From Octopus vulgaris (Eukaryota), in the NCBI GenBank assembly GCA_951406725.2, contig OX597820.1, positions 80,910,001-80,974,000 of the forward strand: a stretch of DNA of 64,000 nucleotides, given 5' to 3'. A model generated the notes under the pieces. That model made no database searches. It saw nothing but the letters and a program-made list of their open reading frames with translations, and had not been told where the DNA came from. Made by a program: the position numbers and the translations under genes. Below, in pieces: positions 15,401 through 28,906 of the stretch. Position 1 is the stretch's first letter, and each line of letters opens with the position of its first letter.

Positions 15401-16432
15401 TTTTACAAAACATTTTCTTTTTACCATCGAACGACTGCTTTAAATGACTTAGCTAACTATAGACATACCTTAATTTGAATGGAACTTCAAGCATATAATA
15501 TTTCTTTTGTTTTTTATCCGGCTTTATATTATTTATATTATTTTTAATTCATATTTTGCCAACAGCTTCATTCTTATTTACACGTACAAGACACTTATAC
15601 TAAACCAAGTCGCCAACAAGTTACACTGCTTGTTTTATACCTCAGGGGGATAATGTCGTATGCTATTCCCTCTTTTTATAGATTTTCTTTGATGACCTCT
15701 TTCTTTGCCACCTTCCTCGATGTTTAGTTTTACAACCTTTCCATTATAAGTTTAAGTTTCCAAACTGACTGACTGAGCTTCGTATTTGTGTTTCATTCTT
15801 TTCTTTCGTTCGATGTTTTCTTTTTCTTTACGACTTACTCAACTCCACACTTTTCGTTAACCTTTTTTCTCTTTTCCTTATACTCACTTCTTCACTAGTA
15901 ACTGTTCTCCTTCTTTCGTCTTTTTTATCGATGCATTTGTTAATCATGAACGTTTATCATGAATATGTTGCCGACTACTACTACATTTACAATTTATTCT
16001 TCTGAATAATATGTTTGATGATTCCCTCGCAAATCAATTATCATATGAATTAATATTTTAAAAACGTTTTTGCTCTACGTAGCAGTCCTTCATTATGTAT
16101 ACTAATTTACTTAATATGCATTATAACATCGCCCAATCACCGAATCTTTGAAACAACTGTAAAGATTATATATATTCATCCTGTTATGTGTATATGTAGT
16201 ATCTATTATAGATGATCCCTATCATCTGGAATTGTTTTTCTACCAGTTCTCTTTATTATTCGCTTGAACTCTACCTTTTGTAACCAACTCTTGTTCTACT
16301 GGACTACATTACTCTGATTAGAAATTGGAATTTAAAAATTTGATCAGTCTGAGAGATAATTCCAAACCAGGCCTGCAGTAGCGTCTTTTCATCCGCTTTA
16401 TATATATTTATATCTATCTATCTATACACACA

Positions 16433-16507
<75 letters not shown>

Positions 16508-17194
16508 ACACATATAAATGTTGAGCAATAACCGAAAGAGTACGATCACGAATACAGGCGGCCGATATATAATTCCACCGAAGCATCACCGGAGTAATGT
16601 ACATAGTTCAAAGTTCAGGGGGGCCTCTCCAGGCCGAGTCGCTCCTTTCTGCAGTTCCAGTACTACGAATATGTGATTAGAATGTTACTGCAAAGAATCA
16701 CATGATGAATTTTTCAATCCGAGACAACTGGCAGAAGCCCTAGGGGTAGGACAAAACCGAAAGGGTTGGATAATGTCCATAGTCTCAGTTGGTTACTCTC
16801 GGAAATCCAGCCGGAAAGTCTAATGATGGTGGCTTCGGAGAGGACCTTATAGAGGACGTGCCGGAGGACTCTACCCCCTCTACCCTCTCAGGAATAGTGG
16901 ACAGAGAAAGATGGATATATTTGTGTTTGTGTGTGTGTGTGTGTGTGTACTTTTATCTTCTACATGTTTCAGTCATTAGACTGCAGCCATGCTAACGCAC
17001 GGCTTTATGGATTTTAGTCGAATGAATCGACCCCAGTACTTTTTTAAGCCCGGTACTTACGTTATCAGTCTCTTTTACTGAACTGCTAAGTTACGGAGAC
17101 GTAAACACACCAACGCCGGTTGTCAAGCGGTGTCGGGAGACAACACAAACACAAAAACAAATACAAAGACACACACACACATATGTATTCGTAT

Positions 17195-17227
<33 letters not shown>

Positions 17228-17244
17228 CATGCATATATATATAC

Positions 17245-17294
<50 letters not shown>

Positions 17295-17757
17295 CATAAT
17301 GGAATAATTACTATGAAGCATTGTGTAGAATATATTGTATAAATGATCGTGGGTAAATGTAAGAAAACAAATACATTAATTCACATATTTGTTTTCTTGT
17401 GATTTACCTTTCATTTACTTCTTATTGTTTTGGTCTTACCCACGATCTTTTATACAATATATATATATAAAAATTAGAAATATTGCATTTCTAAATCTCT
17501 CAGAAATAATTATACAGTAGCAGCACGATAGAGTGATGGTTTGTTGCCATTTTAATGTGGCAGCCCCGGGAAAGGGAAGAATGCTACTGCTATTTAGCCC
17601 CAGGAAACGTTTTTTCCAGTTGGGTACGTGTCATAAGCGTTCTGTGTCCTTAAATTTTCAAACAAGGTGTTTATTTTCCCTGTTTCCTGGAGTAACATAG
17701 CAGTAGCGTTCTTCTCTTTCCTGGGACTGCCACATTAAGTTGGCAACAAACCATCAG

Positions 17758-17791
<34 letters not shown>

Positions 17792-17962
17792 GCGACGAGC
17801 TTCTTACAGTTTTCACCTAACAAATCCACTCACAAGGATTTGGTTGGCCCGAGGCTAGAGTAGAAGACACTTGCTACGCATTGGGACTGCAGTCAGAACC
17901 ATGTGGTTGGGAACCAAGCTTCTTACCACACCCACACCTGCGCGCGCGTGTGTGTGTGTATG

Positions 17963-18008
<46 letters not shown>

Positions 18009-19340
18009 ACAAATAAGATGGTAATTTTTTCGAAAAAATTATCATCTTATTTCTCTCGTACAATACATATATTGTACGTGTGTGTATATATATGTGTGTG
18101 TGTGTATATAAACGTGTAAATAAATACAAACAAATGTTTGTTTATATTTATCTACACGTAGTTATACATATGTATATATATATATATATATAGTGTGTGT
18201 GCGTGAATGCGTGTGTCTGTGTGCGTGCGCGTGTGTGTTGGACATAAGTGTCATCTATTCTAAAAATCCTTGTCGTATCCAACGGCCTTCTTTTCGATAA
18301 CATCAATTAATAAAGTTTTGATTGGGTTAATCACATCCTGACAGAGAAAATTACTCCGCAATGAAGTCATGTAAATATTTCTTTGTTTGCTCCACTAGGA
18401 ATGTAAAAACCATGATAGATAGTTATATACGACACGTTACTAGCTGCTGTTGTATTACCAAATGATGAGCATTCTGCTGTACTTCTGAAACAGTTTTCCA
18501 TTATTCCTTCGTTCTATTTTTAATATATCACAAATAAAACAACTAACTGGTGTGGTTTCTTTATCTCAAAATATGAGGAATCCACTCATCGTCCCATTAT
18601 ATTTGGTTTGCTATGCGGTAGTATATTTTAATTTTGTTCTTTTTGTTTTGCCGATAATTACACTGCTTTGTTCAGGAACATTTTTTTAACTAAAAACGCT
18701 AGCTAAATCTATTGTCTATTGTTATAAAACAAGCGCGGAATGTTAAAATTGTATTTTTAGCTTGGGTATAATAGGGCAAATATTTTCTATACAATTCAAT
18801 ATATTTAGACATTTGTCTTTGTTAAGATTCCTGCTTTAAGGTTGTCTTGTTACAGAATCCTGCACTATTTATTAATCACTGAGATGAGAAACATCGTTAG
18901 CACAATTCTACACCAGTAAAAATTCAACAATATTTTGTTGAAAGTTCGTGATGGATTACTTTCAGAAATATTCGCGAACAGCAATTTCTGATTCACTTAG
19001 TCTATTTCGGATAGCAGGAACAAAGTCTGGCGATTCACTTCGTGAAAAACTGAAGGCAGGAATTTGGTTAGGAGATGAAGAACATTTACGAAATATTGTC
19101 AATGAATGTGTTGACGCTGGCATGTCAGAACTTGATTCGGAAATATGTAGAGCAAGAAAGCTTCTTGAATATTTGAATGATTCGCTTAAAGGTTTGGTGT
19201 TTATTGAGTTGAAGAAATTTGAAAACGGATATCGTTCTAATGATTATTCCATTTTTTCTCATACCATAACCTTAAAAACGTTTACTACAATCCTACACAC
19301 ATACACACAAACATACACACACACGCACACATGCACACAT

Positions 19341-19387
<47 letters not shown>

Positions 19388-22300
19388 TGTAAGTTATTAA
19401 GTTTCTTTAATTCTTACTTCAACCTTCGGATTAAAGTGAAATACATTCGAAGTACGATTTTACTGTACTTTTTTAGTGAGTTCCAAAAGTGCATACTTTC
19501 TGGTAAATTCAGCCATGTGCTTTATCGGAAATATATTGACATATTATATGTATAATATCACTTTGTATAATTTCTAGTAAGAAGAGATATTATTATTTAT
19601 TTGATATTGAAACTGATCTGCATTCCATTCTCACCTCGTTACTAAACTTATTTTTATTTAATGAATTGTTTAGAATGTTTTGGTTAAGTTCAAAATGTGA
19701 AAAATCTCTATTATTAATATATTGAAATTAATACTTAAAATGGTGAGGAAGATATCTAAGTAGAGTACCTAGTTAAATACATTAAAGTTTCCTGGTTCAT
19801 CCACTTCTATATATACAGTTGGAATTTACAGAAAAAAAAAGACGAAGACAGGTGTCTAAACAACAAACAGGTGTACAGTGAACATGTTTCAGAGCTGAAT
19901 AGTTTTTAGCTATGCTTTAGTATGCACTTACCTAAAAATTATCTTTGGGCATATGCACAAGAACTAATTTTATACATGAAGCTAATAAATAGCGTTTTTG
20001 ATATATCCTTAGCACTATGAATGTGAAGGGTTCAAAAATTTTCTGAATTCCAGTGTACATATCACGAGATGTTGGCATTTAATAATGAGTCTAACCTAGG
20101 CAATCGGCCAACAATTTGAGAGAAGGGCTTAGTTACTTTAATCAACTTCAGCTCCTGACTTGTTCTTTATTTTATTGAAACCAGGAAGATAAACGACGGA
20201 ATTTGGAGCAGAAAGTCAAATCATTTTGACCGAGGCTCTGAAAGTTTTGCTTATTCATCGCCCTGATGTCAACGTTTAAATATATGATCTCACTGTTGTA
20301 CGTTTATTTTTTCAGCTATTTTTATTATATCTATAATACTACAAAACTTACAATTTTTACTTCTATCTTCCAATTCATTGAACCTTAACTGAGTTGACAT
20401 CGGCAGGAGTTGAACTCAAAATATAAAAGAGATGTAAAAGGAAGATGTTATAATTACTTCAACGGTTAATTTATCTGCCACTTTAGCAACAATGCTTAGT
20501 TAATGCTGTTGCAAAATATATTAATTTGAAACCGTAATGAATTGATATAAAATGTATAATTACAGATGATCTTCCACTGAATTCAGTCTGTAAAGTAATT
20601 TTCTTTAAATTTATTTTACTTTCCTTCAACTTCAAATATCTCAATTACGCACGGAAAGATTCCAATGACATCAAATGACTCATGAGAGGCATTAATAAAA
20701 TAAGAGCTAAACTATATTGTGTTTAATGGAGTAACTACTTGTCCCTATGGACAATACCAGACGGTGTTTTTTAGTCTTCCCAGTGTTATAAAAACAATGT
20801 TAAAGCAAAATAGTAGTGGCTTACGTTTCCCTTGCGTGTTAATTGTTCTATACCGTGATATAAATACATATATTGTAATTTGTTCAATGTACCCTTACAC
20901 GCTGTCGGTTACAGTGTCTCCCGCTCATCCTCACTCAGTATGTCTCTCCGCTATCATCCTCATCCTTGTTAACTATGTTTTTTGGTTTTTTTTACTGCAA
21001 CCAAATTTCCCTCACACTCTTTTTCATTTTAACCACCTTTTTCAGTAAATTCGGATTCTTTACTCTTTATCAAAAATTTCGATTTTATACATTAAGAAGG
21101 CGAAGATGTATTACAAATACTATACACATTTCATAATTACAACTTACAACCATATAAATGCTAAATTTGAGTAATAAAATAACATCTCCAGAGATATGTT
21201 TCGTTTTTGTAGCTTGCAATTTCATTTCTGAACTGAGACATTTAAACATCTTCGCTTATATTCACACTACACGAAATAGTTTCAACTCTAAAATTAAACG
21301 AAAAATGCTTTTGAATGAGGCATCAACCAGTAAAAACAACATAGCTGATATCAGTATTTTTACATTAATGGATGACTGATGCATGCTTGAGAAAATGCTA
21401 TACAATATATTTTTCAATACATGTATCATTTAAAGATGTATATGAGTTGTTTGCTAAAAAATCTTTCAAACCTTTTTAAAACCCTGAGATTATAGCAACA
21501 AGAAATATAGAAAGTGAAAAATAAAAGAGCCAAAAATTCGGACAATGATTTTGTCGTATTTTCAATGTTTCGGCTGGGACAGAAGAGAATAATATGATCG
21601 ATAGTAATCACACGCTGTCCTTTTTTTTTTTTCCTATAGGATCAATAACACCCGATTCTTTGCGTAACCAGTTAAGACGTGCTACCACCCAAAAGAACAA
21701 AGCAAGTTTGGAAAGGGCTATTCACGATGCTGAAGCTGCTGGTTATCCAGAACTTACTTACGATCTCCAAAAAGCCAGGGAAACTCTTGAAAAACTTGGT
21801 GGCGGTCGAGGTGGTGAGATAACAATTATTTATACTATTCTTATATAAGTGTAATTTTTATCGGATTTGTCTTCCTGTGTGTCTCTTTGTTTTACTTATT
21901 TTTCTTTATAATTAACATGTATGTTTATTTAACAGATCTATTTATTTGAATGCTGCCAAATTTGATAATGCTTTACATTTGTCTTGAAAATAATAACATT
22001 CCAATCACTTTTGTTGTTTTTTTTGAGAGCGCGAGATCTTATTTAATATTCCAGTTATATGCTCATTTTCACTGTTTCAGGAGACTGGACTAAAAGTAAA
22101 AGATTATTTCACTTATTTTATATTTCAGTTATTTTGTACATCATAAAAATTTAATGTTACAGGAAAATATTTTGAATTTCTACAGAAAAATTATTTAACT
22201 ATTAATATCATAGTCCGTATATGTTTGTTCCGTTTATTTCACACATAGGAAATACTTTTGATATAAATACATTTCATGTTGTTGACATTATAATATACAG

Positions 22301-22688
22301 CTATTTGAATCGCTATATGAAAGAAACCAAGAAATAATTTGGATTTGAAAAGGAAACATGAATATCATAATAAAAATCAAATATTTTGTCATTTATAGTT
22401 GAATGTTTACCAGTGATATATGCTTATATTGTTAAGAAAAAATTTTTTTCTGTTAGCTATATTGTTTCCTTTTACTGAAAATAAATTACATCGATCAATT
22501 TCAATCACTTATAGAAACTTATAAAAATTATTATATGCAATATTTTCCTGGTCATTATCTGTTTATCAAATCCCACAAACGCTTACACACCACACAACAC
22601 ACCACATAACACACGCACAATTCACACTCACACACACACACAGATATATATATATACATACATGTATATATATATACATACATACACG

Positions 22689-22736
<48 letters not shown>

Positions 22737-22778
22737 CATACATACATACATACATACATGCATACATACATACATACA

Positions 22779-22809
<31 letters not shown>

Positions 22810-22846
22810 GTACATACATACCCCATATATATATATACATACATGC

Positions 22847-22899
<53 letters not shown>

Positions 22900-24947
22900 G
22901 TCATCCCATAAATAATACGGTTTTTTATACTTTTATTTTTCAAAATTTAGACAAAGTTCTTTTTCAATCTAAAATATATTCTCCTTCATTTTTTACAATG
23001 CTCTTCCATCGTGGAAGACTTGCAAGGCTCCTTCTTCCAAAATTCACTTGTCCGGTACGAAAAATACTCCTCCAGTACTGTTCTGACCTGGTCTACAGAA
23101 TTCATATTTTTTCCGTCCAAATGATTTTGAAGACTACGGAAAGAATGAAAGTCGGATGGGGGCACTGTCCGGTGAATATGGTGGTGGGGCATCGTTTCCC
23201 ATTCAAACTGCTCCGGCCTTTGGAATGTCATCCTCGCTGTATGTAACCGATCTTTATCCCGATGAAAGAACACCTTTCGTCTTGAAACCAAAGATGGACG
23301 TTTTTCTTCTAGCGCTGACTTGAATGATTGGTTAAATGACCAAATCTAAGCTCTCTGCTAGTTCCTCAGCAGATACGATGGGATTTTACTTCACCAGAGT
23401 TTGCAGGACGCCCTCGTGGAGTTCAGCAGATCTTCCAGGACGAAGCTCGTCTTCTAGGCTGTATTTCTGAATTTCTGGATCCACTGTTTACACTGGCTTA
23501 CGCTTATTCCCCGATCCCCATATACTTTATTAATATTCCTCACACGTTCCGTTGCGTTGATGCCTTTATTGAACTCATAAAGCAGAATATGCTCCTTTGT
23601 TACTTCTATTGTAGCTTTGGAAAAATAACTATTAAAATCGAACTGCACTCTTCAAAACTTGCACTAAGAATAAACACAAAGTAAAATTACTATCTGCATT
23701 TATAGCAAGTTGATGCAGATAGTTTATCCCGTCCCCCTCCGACCAATCAATTGAAAAAACCGCATTATTTATGGGATGACCCAATATATATATATATATA
23801 TAAATGGGATTTAAAAATCCTGGCATATATCAATTAAGCACTCAGTATAAAAGAATAAGATTAAATTTCCAACAATCAGATACCAATAAATGTAAGTAGA
23901 GTACAAATCCCAGGTAAATCCTCATGCATGACAGGTAAATCCAACAATCCTTTCGTAGAATTTTAAGAAATTCAGAGTATTTAACAACAATAAATATGTA
24001 CGAAGAAAAATCACATCTTTATTTTAGATCACACCTTAAAGATCTAACAATTGTTTCAAAGGAAGATTGCGTAACGACTTGACTTCGAGGAATGTTTTAA
24101 TTTATAATGGTTTCACATTTGCAGTGCTACGGAGTGATGGCTGCTGACTGTTGAATTTGAAGGCTTGGATCTTCTTTCATATTTTCCAGATTCTTTCCCA
24201 ATGGTTCTTTTGTGGAAACGTTTTGTTGTGCCAATTTATAAAGTTAGGTGGGAGGGCTCCGCCTTGCTCGGTGAAATTCTATGGTGATCAGTGCTAGATA
24301 GTCGGGTGTATCTATATTTCGTTTTTATTCATTGTTGTAGCTGTTTCTTATATGTTTTTATTTTTTCTGCCTTTCAAGTTATGGTTGTGCCTTACATCTT
24401 GTCCTTATTCTGTTTTTGAGACTTCAACATCCATATCACAGCAGATATTCACCGTGTGCCCTTAATAGACGTACTCCTTTATCTCCTCGATTTCATCGCT
24501 TTCCAATTCTATTCGACTTTGTGCTACGTCTTCCGACTGCATATATTTTGTTTTCATGTGGTTCATTTTAAGAGCTTTGTTAGAGTCGAGATGAACGCTG
24601 TGTTGAAATCTCTGGAAATGCAAGGTTTCAAGGTACAATACATCAAACTGCTCAGCGATACAAACTCTAGATGCACAACAGATATAGCTCTGCTATCACC
24701 ACCAGTAAGAGCTCCATTTGAGAAGGCTGTCAAGCAAGGAGACACCATCTCTCCAAACCGCTGTATCGCATGTCTAGAAATGGTTATCAAGGACATCGGC
24801 TAGACAGGTGTTGTAAACATCAATGGCGAGCAACTAACACAGCTCCGACTTGCAAATGATATTGCACTCATCGCTGAAACCACAGACCAGCTGCAGACCA
24901 TGCTGACAGAGCTGGACACTCAGAGCTTAGAAGTGGGACTTTATACA

Positions 24948-25017
<70 letters not shown>

Positions 25018-25032
25018 CATATATACATACAT

Positions 25033-25066
<34 letters not shown>

Positions 25067-25527
25067 GTCAGCTAATGATGGAGGTAAGTTGGATTGTTGG
25101 TATGGCTGTGGAATAACACATCCTTTTGGTATATAATGCCGTGACATCTGCTATACAATCTCACCAAGTCCCAAACTAACAAATATTATTATGTTACTCC
25201 ATATATTCTCTACAAATAGGCAATCGAGTCGCAAATGACAACAAAATAAATCTGAAAAATCGAATATTTCATTGATTAAGCAATTATTAAGCAATGGATT
25301 ATCTGGTTAATTAGGTATTTGACGAATAATGATATAAGGAATCGAATTATAACCAATGCTTGTGATTTTATTGGCACATTGACCCCTTCCAAGACATACA
25401 TGTATATATATATACACACACACACCTCACTTGTATATTTACCACTTCTAAGGTTCCACTCGCTATGAAATATATATAGCCCGTATCTTATCTACTTCAT
25501 TCCTTAATTCTTGTATGTATGTATGTA

Positions 25528-25580
<53 letters not shown>

Positions 25581-28390
25581 TGACGCGACAATTCAGCGCT
25601 AAATAATTCAGCGCTAGATAATTCAGCGCATAGACAATTCAGCGCAGGGCATCTAATTGAACTTAGGTAAAGGTTATATTGGGGATGAAAAAAAAGGGAG
25701 GGGGGTTATTTCAATTATTTATTTAAAAACATGTAAAGATAAAAAGCTACAGTAGTTAGCTACTTAAATTTTTATAGGAGCTTCAAAAGGTGTAGTTGTC
25801 GTTTCGTATGAGCATGTGTATAGATAGAAATATTTATTTTTTGCTGATGCTTTATTATGACCTGATTATTTTTAAAGCTGTGTCGGTTTTTGGAGTCTTT
25901 GCTGTATTCATCATCATTACGTCACATGTATGGGGCGAAAATTAAGTCCAACATGTTGGAATTCTTAGCTATACTCCTCTTAGAAAATACCGGTATATGC
26001 GTCACATTGTTTTTTATCGTTTTTTGTAACACACGCTCACATTCATATTACGCATATACAATATAATATATTATTTAAAATATGTATCATAAAATATATA
26101 TATTACTTAAATAATTTATAACATATATATATTGGTGTATACATACATTAATGTAAACACTGGTATGGATTTTACAGCATTTTACTCGTGACATATATGT
26201 ATGCATATTAATGTATATGTGTATGAATGTATCTATTTATATGTATGCAAATATGTTTTTGTGTATCTATGTGTGTATAAAATCTTACTGGCTGATATAC
26301 AAAATATGTTTCCCGATTTTGGATATTGAAAAATGGACAATTAGGGCTTGTGGTAAGGATCTATTTAATTTCTTCCTCCATTCCGATTTCTGAAATTGTT
26401 CTATTTAAAACTTAGGGATAGCTGCTCTTGGTTTCCAGAGAACTGTCACTCAACAGCGTTTCAGAGAAAGCAGATTGGGTCGTCCCTCTTCAGGTTATGA
26501 TGAATATAAAAGAATATCATCAGAGCATTTTCAAAATAAAGATTCCTCACATATTGGGGATAACAGATTCAGAGGTTGGAACAATAATTATATTCGTATA
26601 AATCTGACATAACATAAGTGTAGATAATTTTAGCTCCGACTTAAAATATTAGTCGAAATATAAAAACATATCTGAAAATTAAATAAAAATCAGTATTTTA
26701 TAATTGCTGATCGAAATTATAATTGAATTATATTTCGATTTAATTTGAAACCTTTAGTTATTTGTGTATATACATCCATACAAATACACGTGCACTCATA
26801 CACACATGTACATATATATATGTATATGTGTGCATGTATGTGTGTGTATTTCAGAATAGCTTTGATAATGGTTTCTAATTTAGGCACAAGGTCAGTAATT
26901 TTGAGGGAATTTGTCGATACCATCGACCTCAGTACTTCTTTGGTATTTAAAAAAAAATTAAACCTGAAAGAATGAAAAGCAAAATTGGCCTTGGTGTGAT
27001 TTGAACTGAGACCGTAAAAAACCCGGAATTAATAGTGCAAATCATTTTTTCCGATGTTCTAAAGATTCTACCAGCACACCGAATTTGGAATAGTTTATAA
27101 TAATAACATTCATTTATCTATGTATCTACTTGCTTACCATTCTAAGAATCATCGAACGATAACTTTGAATTTTAGATTCCAAAACAGATATTAAGTCCCC
27201 AGGTAATCTGCGCTGCCGATTACGGACAGCTGTTGAGCGGAAAGACAGAGTAAATCTTGAAAAAATTATCGAAGAATGCGAAAGTGTTGAGTATCCAGAG
27301 CTTGGCCCTGAGCTGTATGAAGCAAGAAAAACTCTTCAACAGCTGGGAAGCCGCTTCGAAGGTTAGCATTGTATTTTTAGCATTTTAATAAGATTTATTA
27401 GCAAGGGTTTTTAAATATCATGAATACAACGAACTGTCAGAAATACTAACTCAATTTCTCTTTACTGATATTTCTAACAGTTGATTACGAAACATAAAAC
27501 AGAGTAAGTATAAGGGAATAAGTGTTAAAGATTATATTGCTAATTTCTGAATATCAGTTCACTTGATATATAAAATCTTTATACATTCATGATAAAGTGA
27601 ACATTTACTTCAAACTTTCACAATCTGGTACAAAATGCTAGTTGCATGATTAATGATTTTAGAAGGGATTTTAAGAGTTTCTCTTTAAATATTTAATGTA
27701 AATGAAATTCTGTTTTCATGAATTTGTGTAGTTGTGGACCTCTAAACTATTTCAAGGAATCCTAACATCCTAACAAATTTTTCTGATCATTAACCGTTGT
27801 TGGTATTTGTGTTAGTGTGTAGCCATCCTTATGATCAGGCAGGATTATTTATTATGATAGGTATTAAGCAATTATATCTTTAATAAGTTTTCATTTAATT
27901 TAAATTTAAAGGAAAGTGAAAGATCAATAACATTCTGAAAAACAAAATATATTTTGATGCATGAAATTAAGTACCAAGTGGTATTTTATCAATTACCAGG
28001 GAGTACATCACCCAGCATTTTTCGAGACAAACTTAAGGATAGTATTAAGCTAAAAGATGAAAATGAAATCGCATCAGCTATTAACAGATGTATTGCTGCC
28101 GGCTATCCTGAACTTCAAAGTGATGTTGATAACGCGCGAAAGTCTTTGAACATCTTACAAGGCGGGGATGGACGTAAGATGTTATTTAATGATATTTTTC
28201 ATCACAATGCCAATGTTTTCACCACCAATGTAATCATAATAATGTTGCTATCATTTGCACAGGAAATGTGTGTATACACGCACACGCACATGCACAAATG
28301 CGCGCACGCACGCACACACACATACACACACACTCAACTCGCGTGCACACACACACACACACACATATGGTTAGAAATAATTTATATATG

Positions 28391-28447
<57 letters not shown>

Positions 28448-28871
28448 CATATGTGTGTGCGTATTTGAAAATGACTTTATAAATACGCACATATACATTT
28501 ATACATGCATGAACGCATATATACTCACACACACACACTCTCACCCATCGGTTCTTCATACGTTTTCAACATAGAGCAATTACAATGCACTTAGCTGTAA
28601 AGCACATGACAGAACTAGATAAGCAAAGGTTAGTGGGAAACACTTCTAAGCTCAACTGAGTTGTTAAATAAATTAAGCGATTAGTGATGGAAGCTATACT
28701 AATAACATAGTGGAATGTTAAATGCACAGACAACACATACTAGTCGCACTCAAAAGAAAAATATCTGACTAATGACGTATTAATTTAAAGGTCGAAATTC
28801 AAATTCCGGTGGTAACATCAAAACAATGACATTGACACTTTGTCTAGCATAAAGTAGCACAAACACACACC

Positions 28872-28906
<35 letters not shown>

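Larger units (their letters stand above)
16950..17943 (-). mobile_element. tRNA-derived SINE (second family) whose internal microsatellite carries nested fold-back insertions
   Basis: The 3' part (16950-17170) and head (17790-17943) match the intact copy at 56294-56696. Confidence 0.75.
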
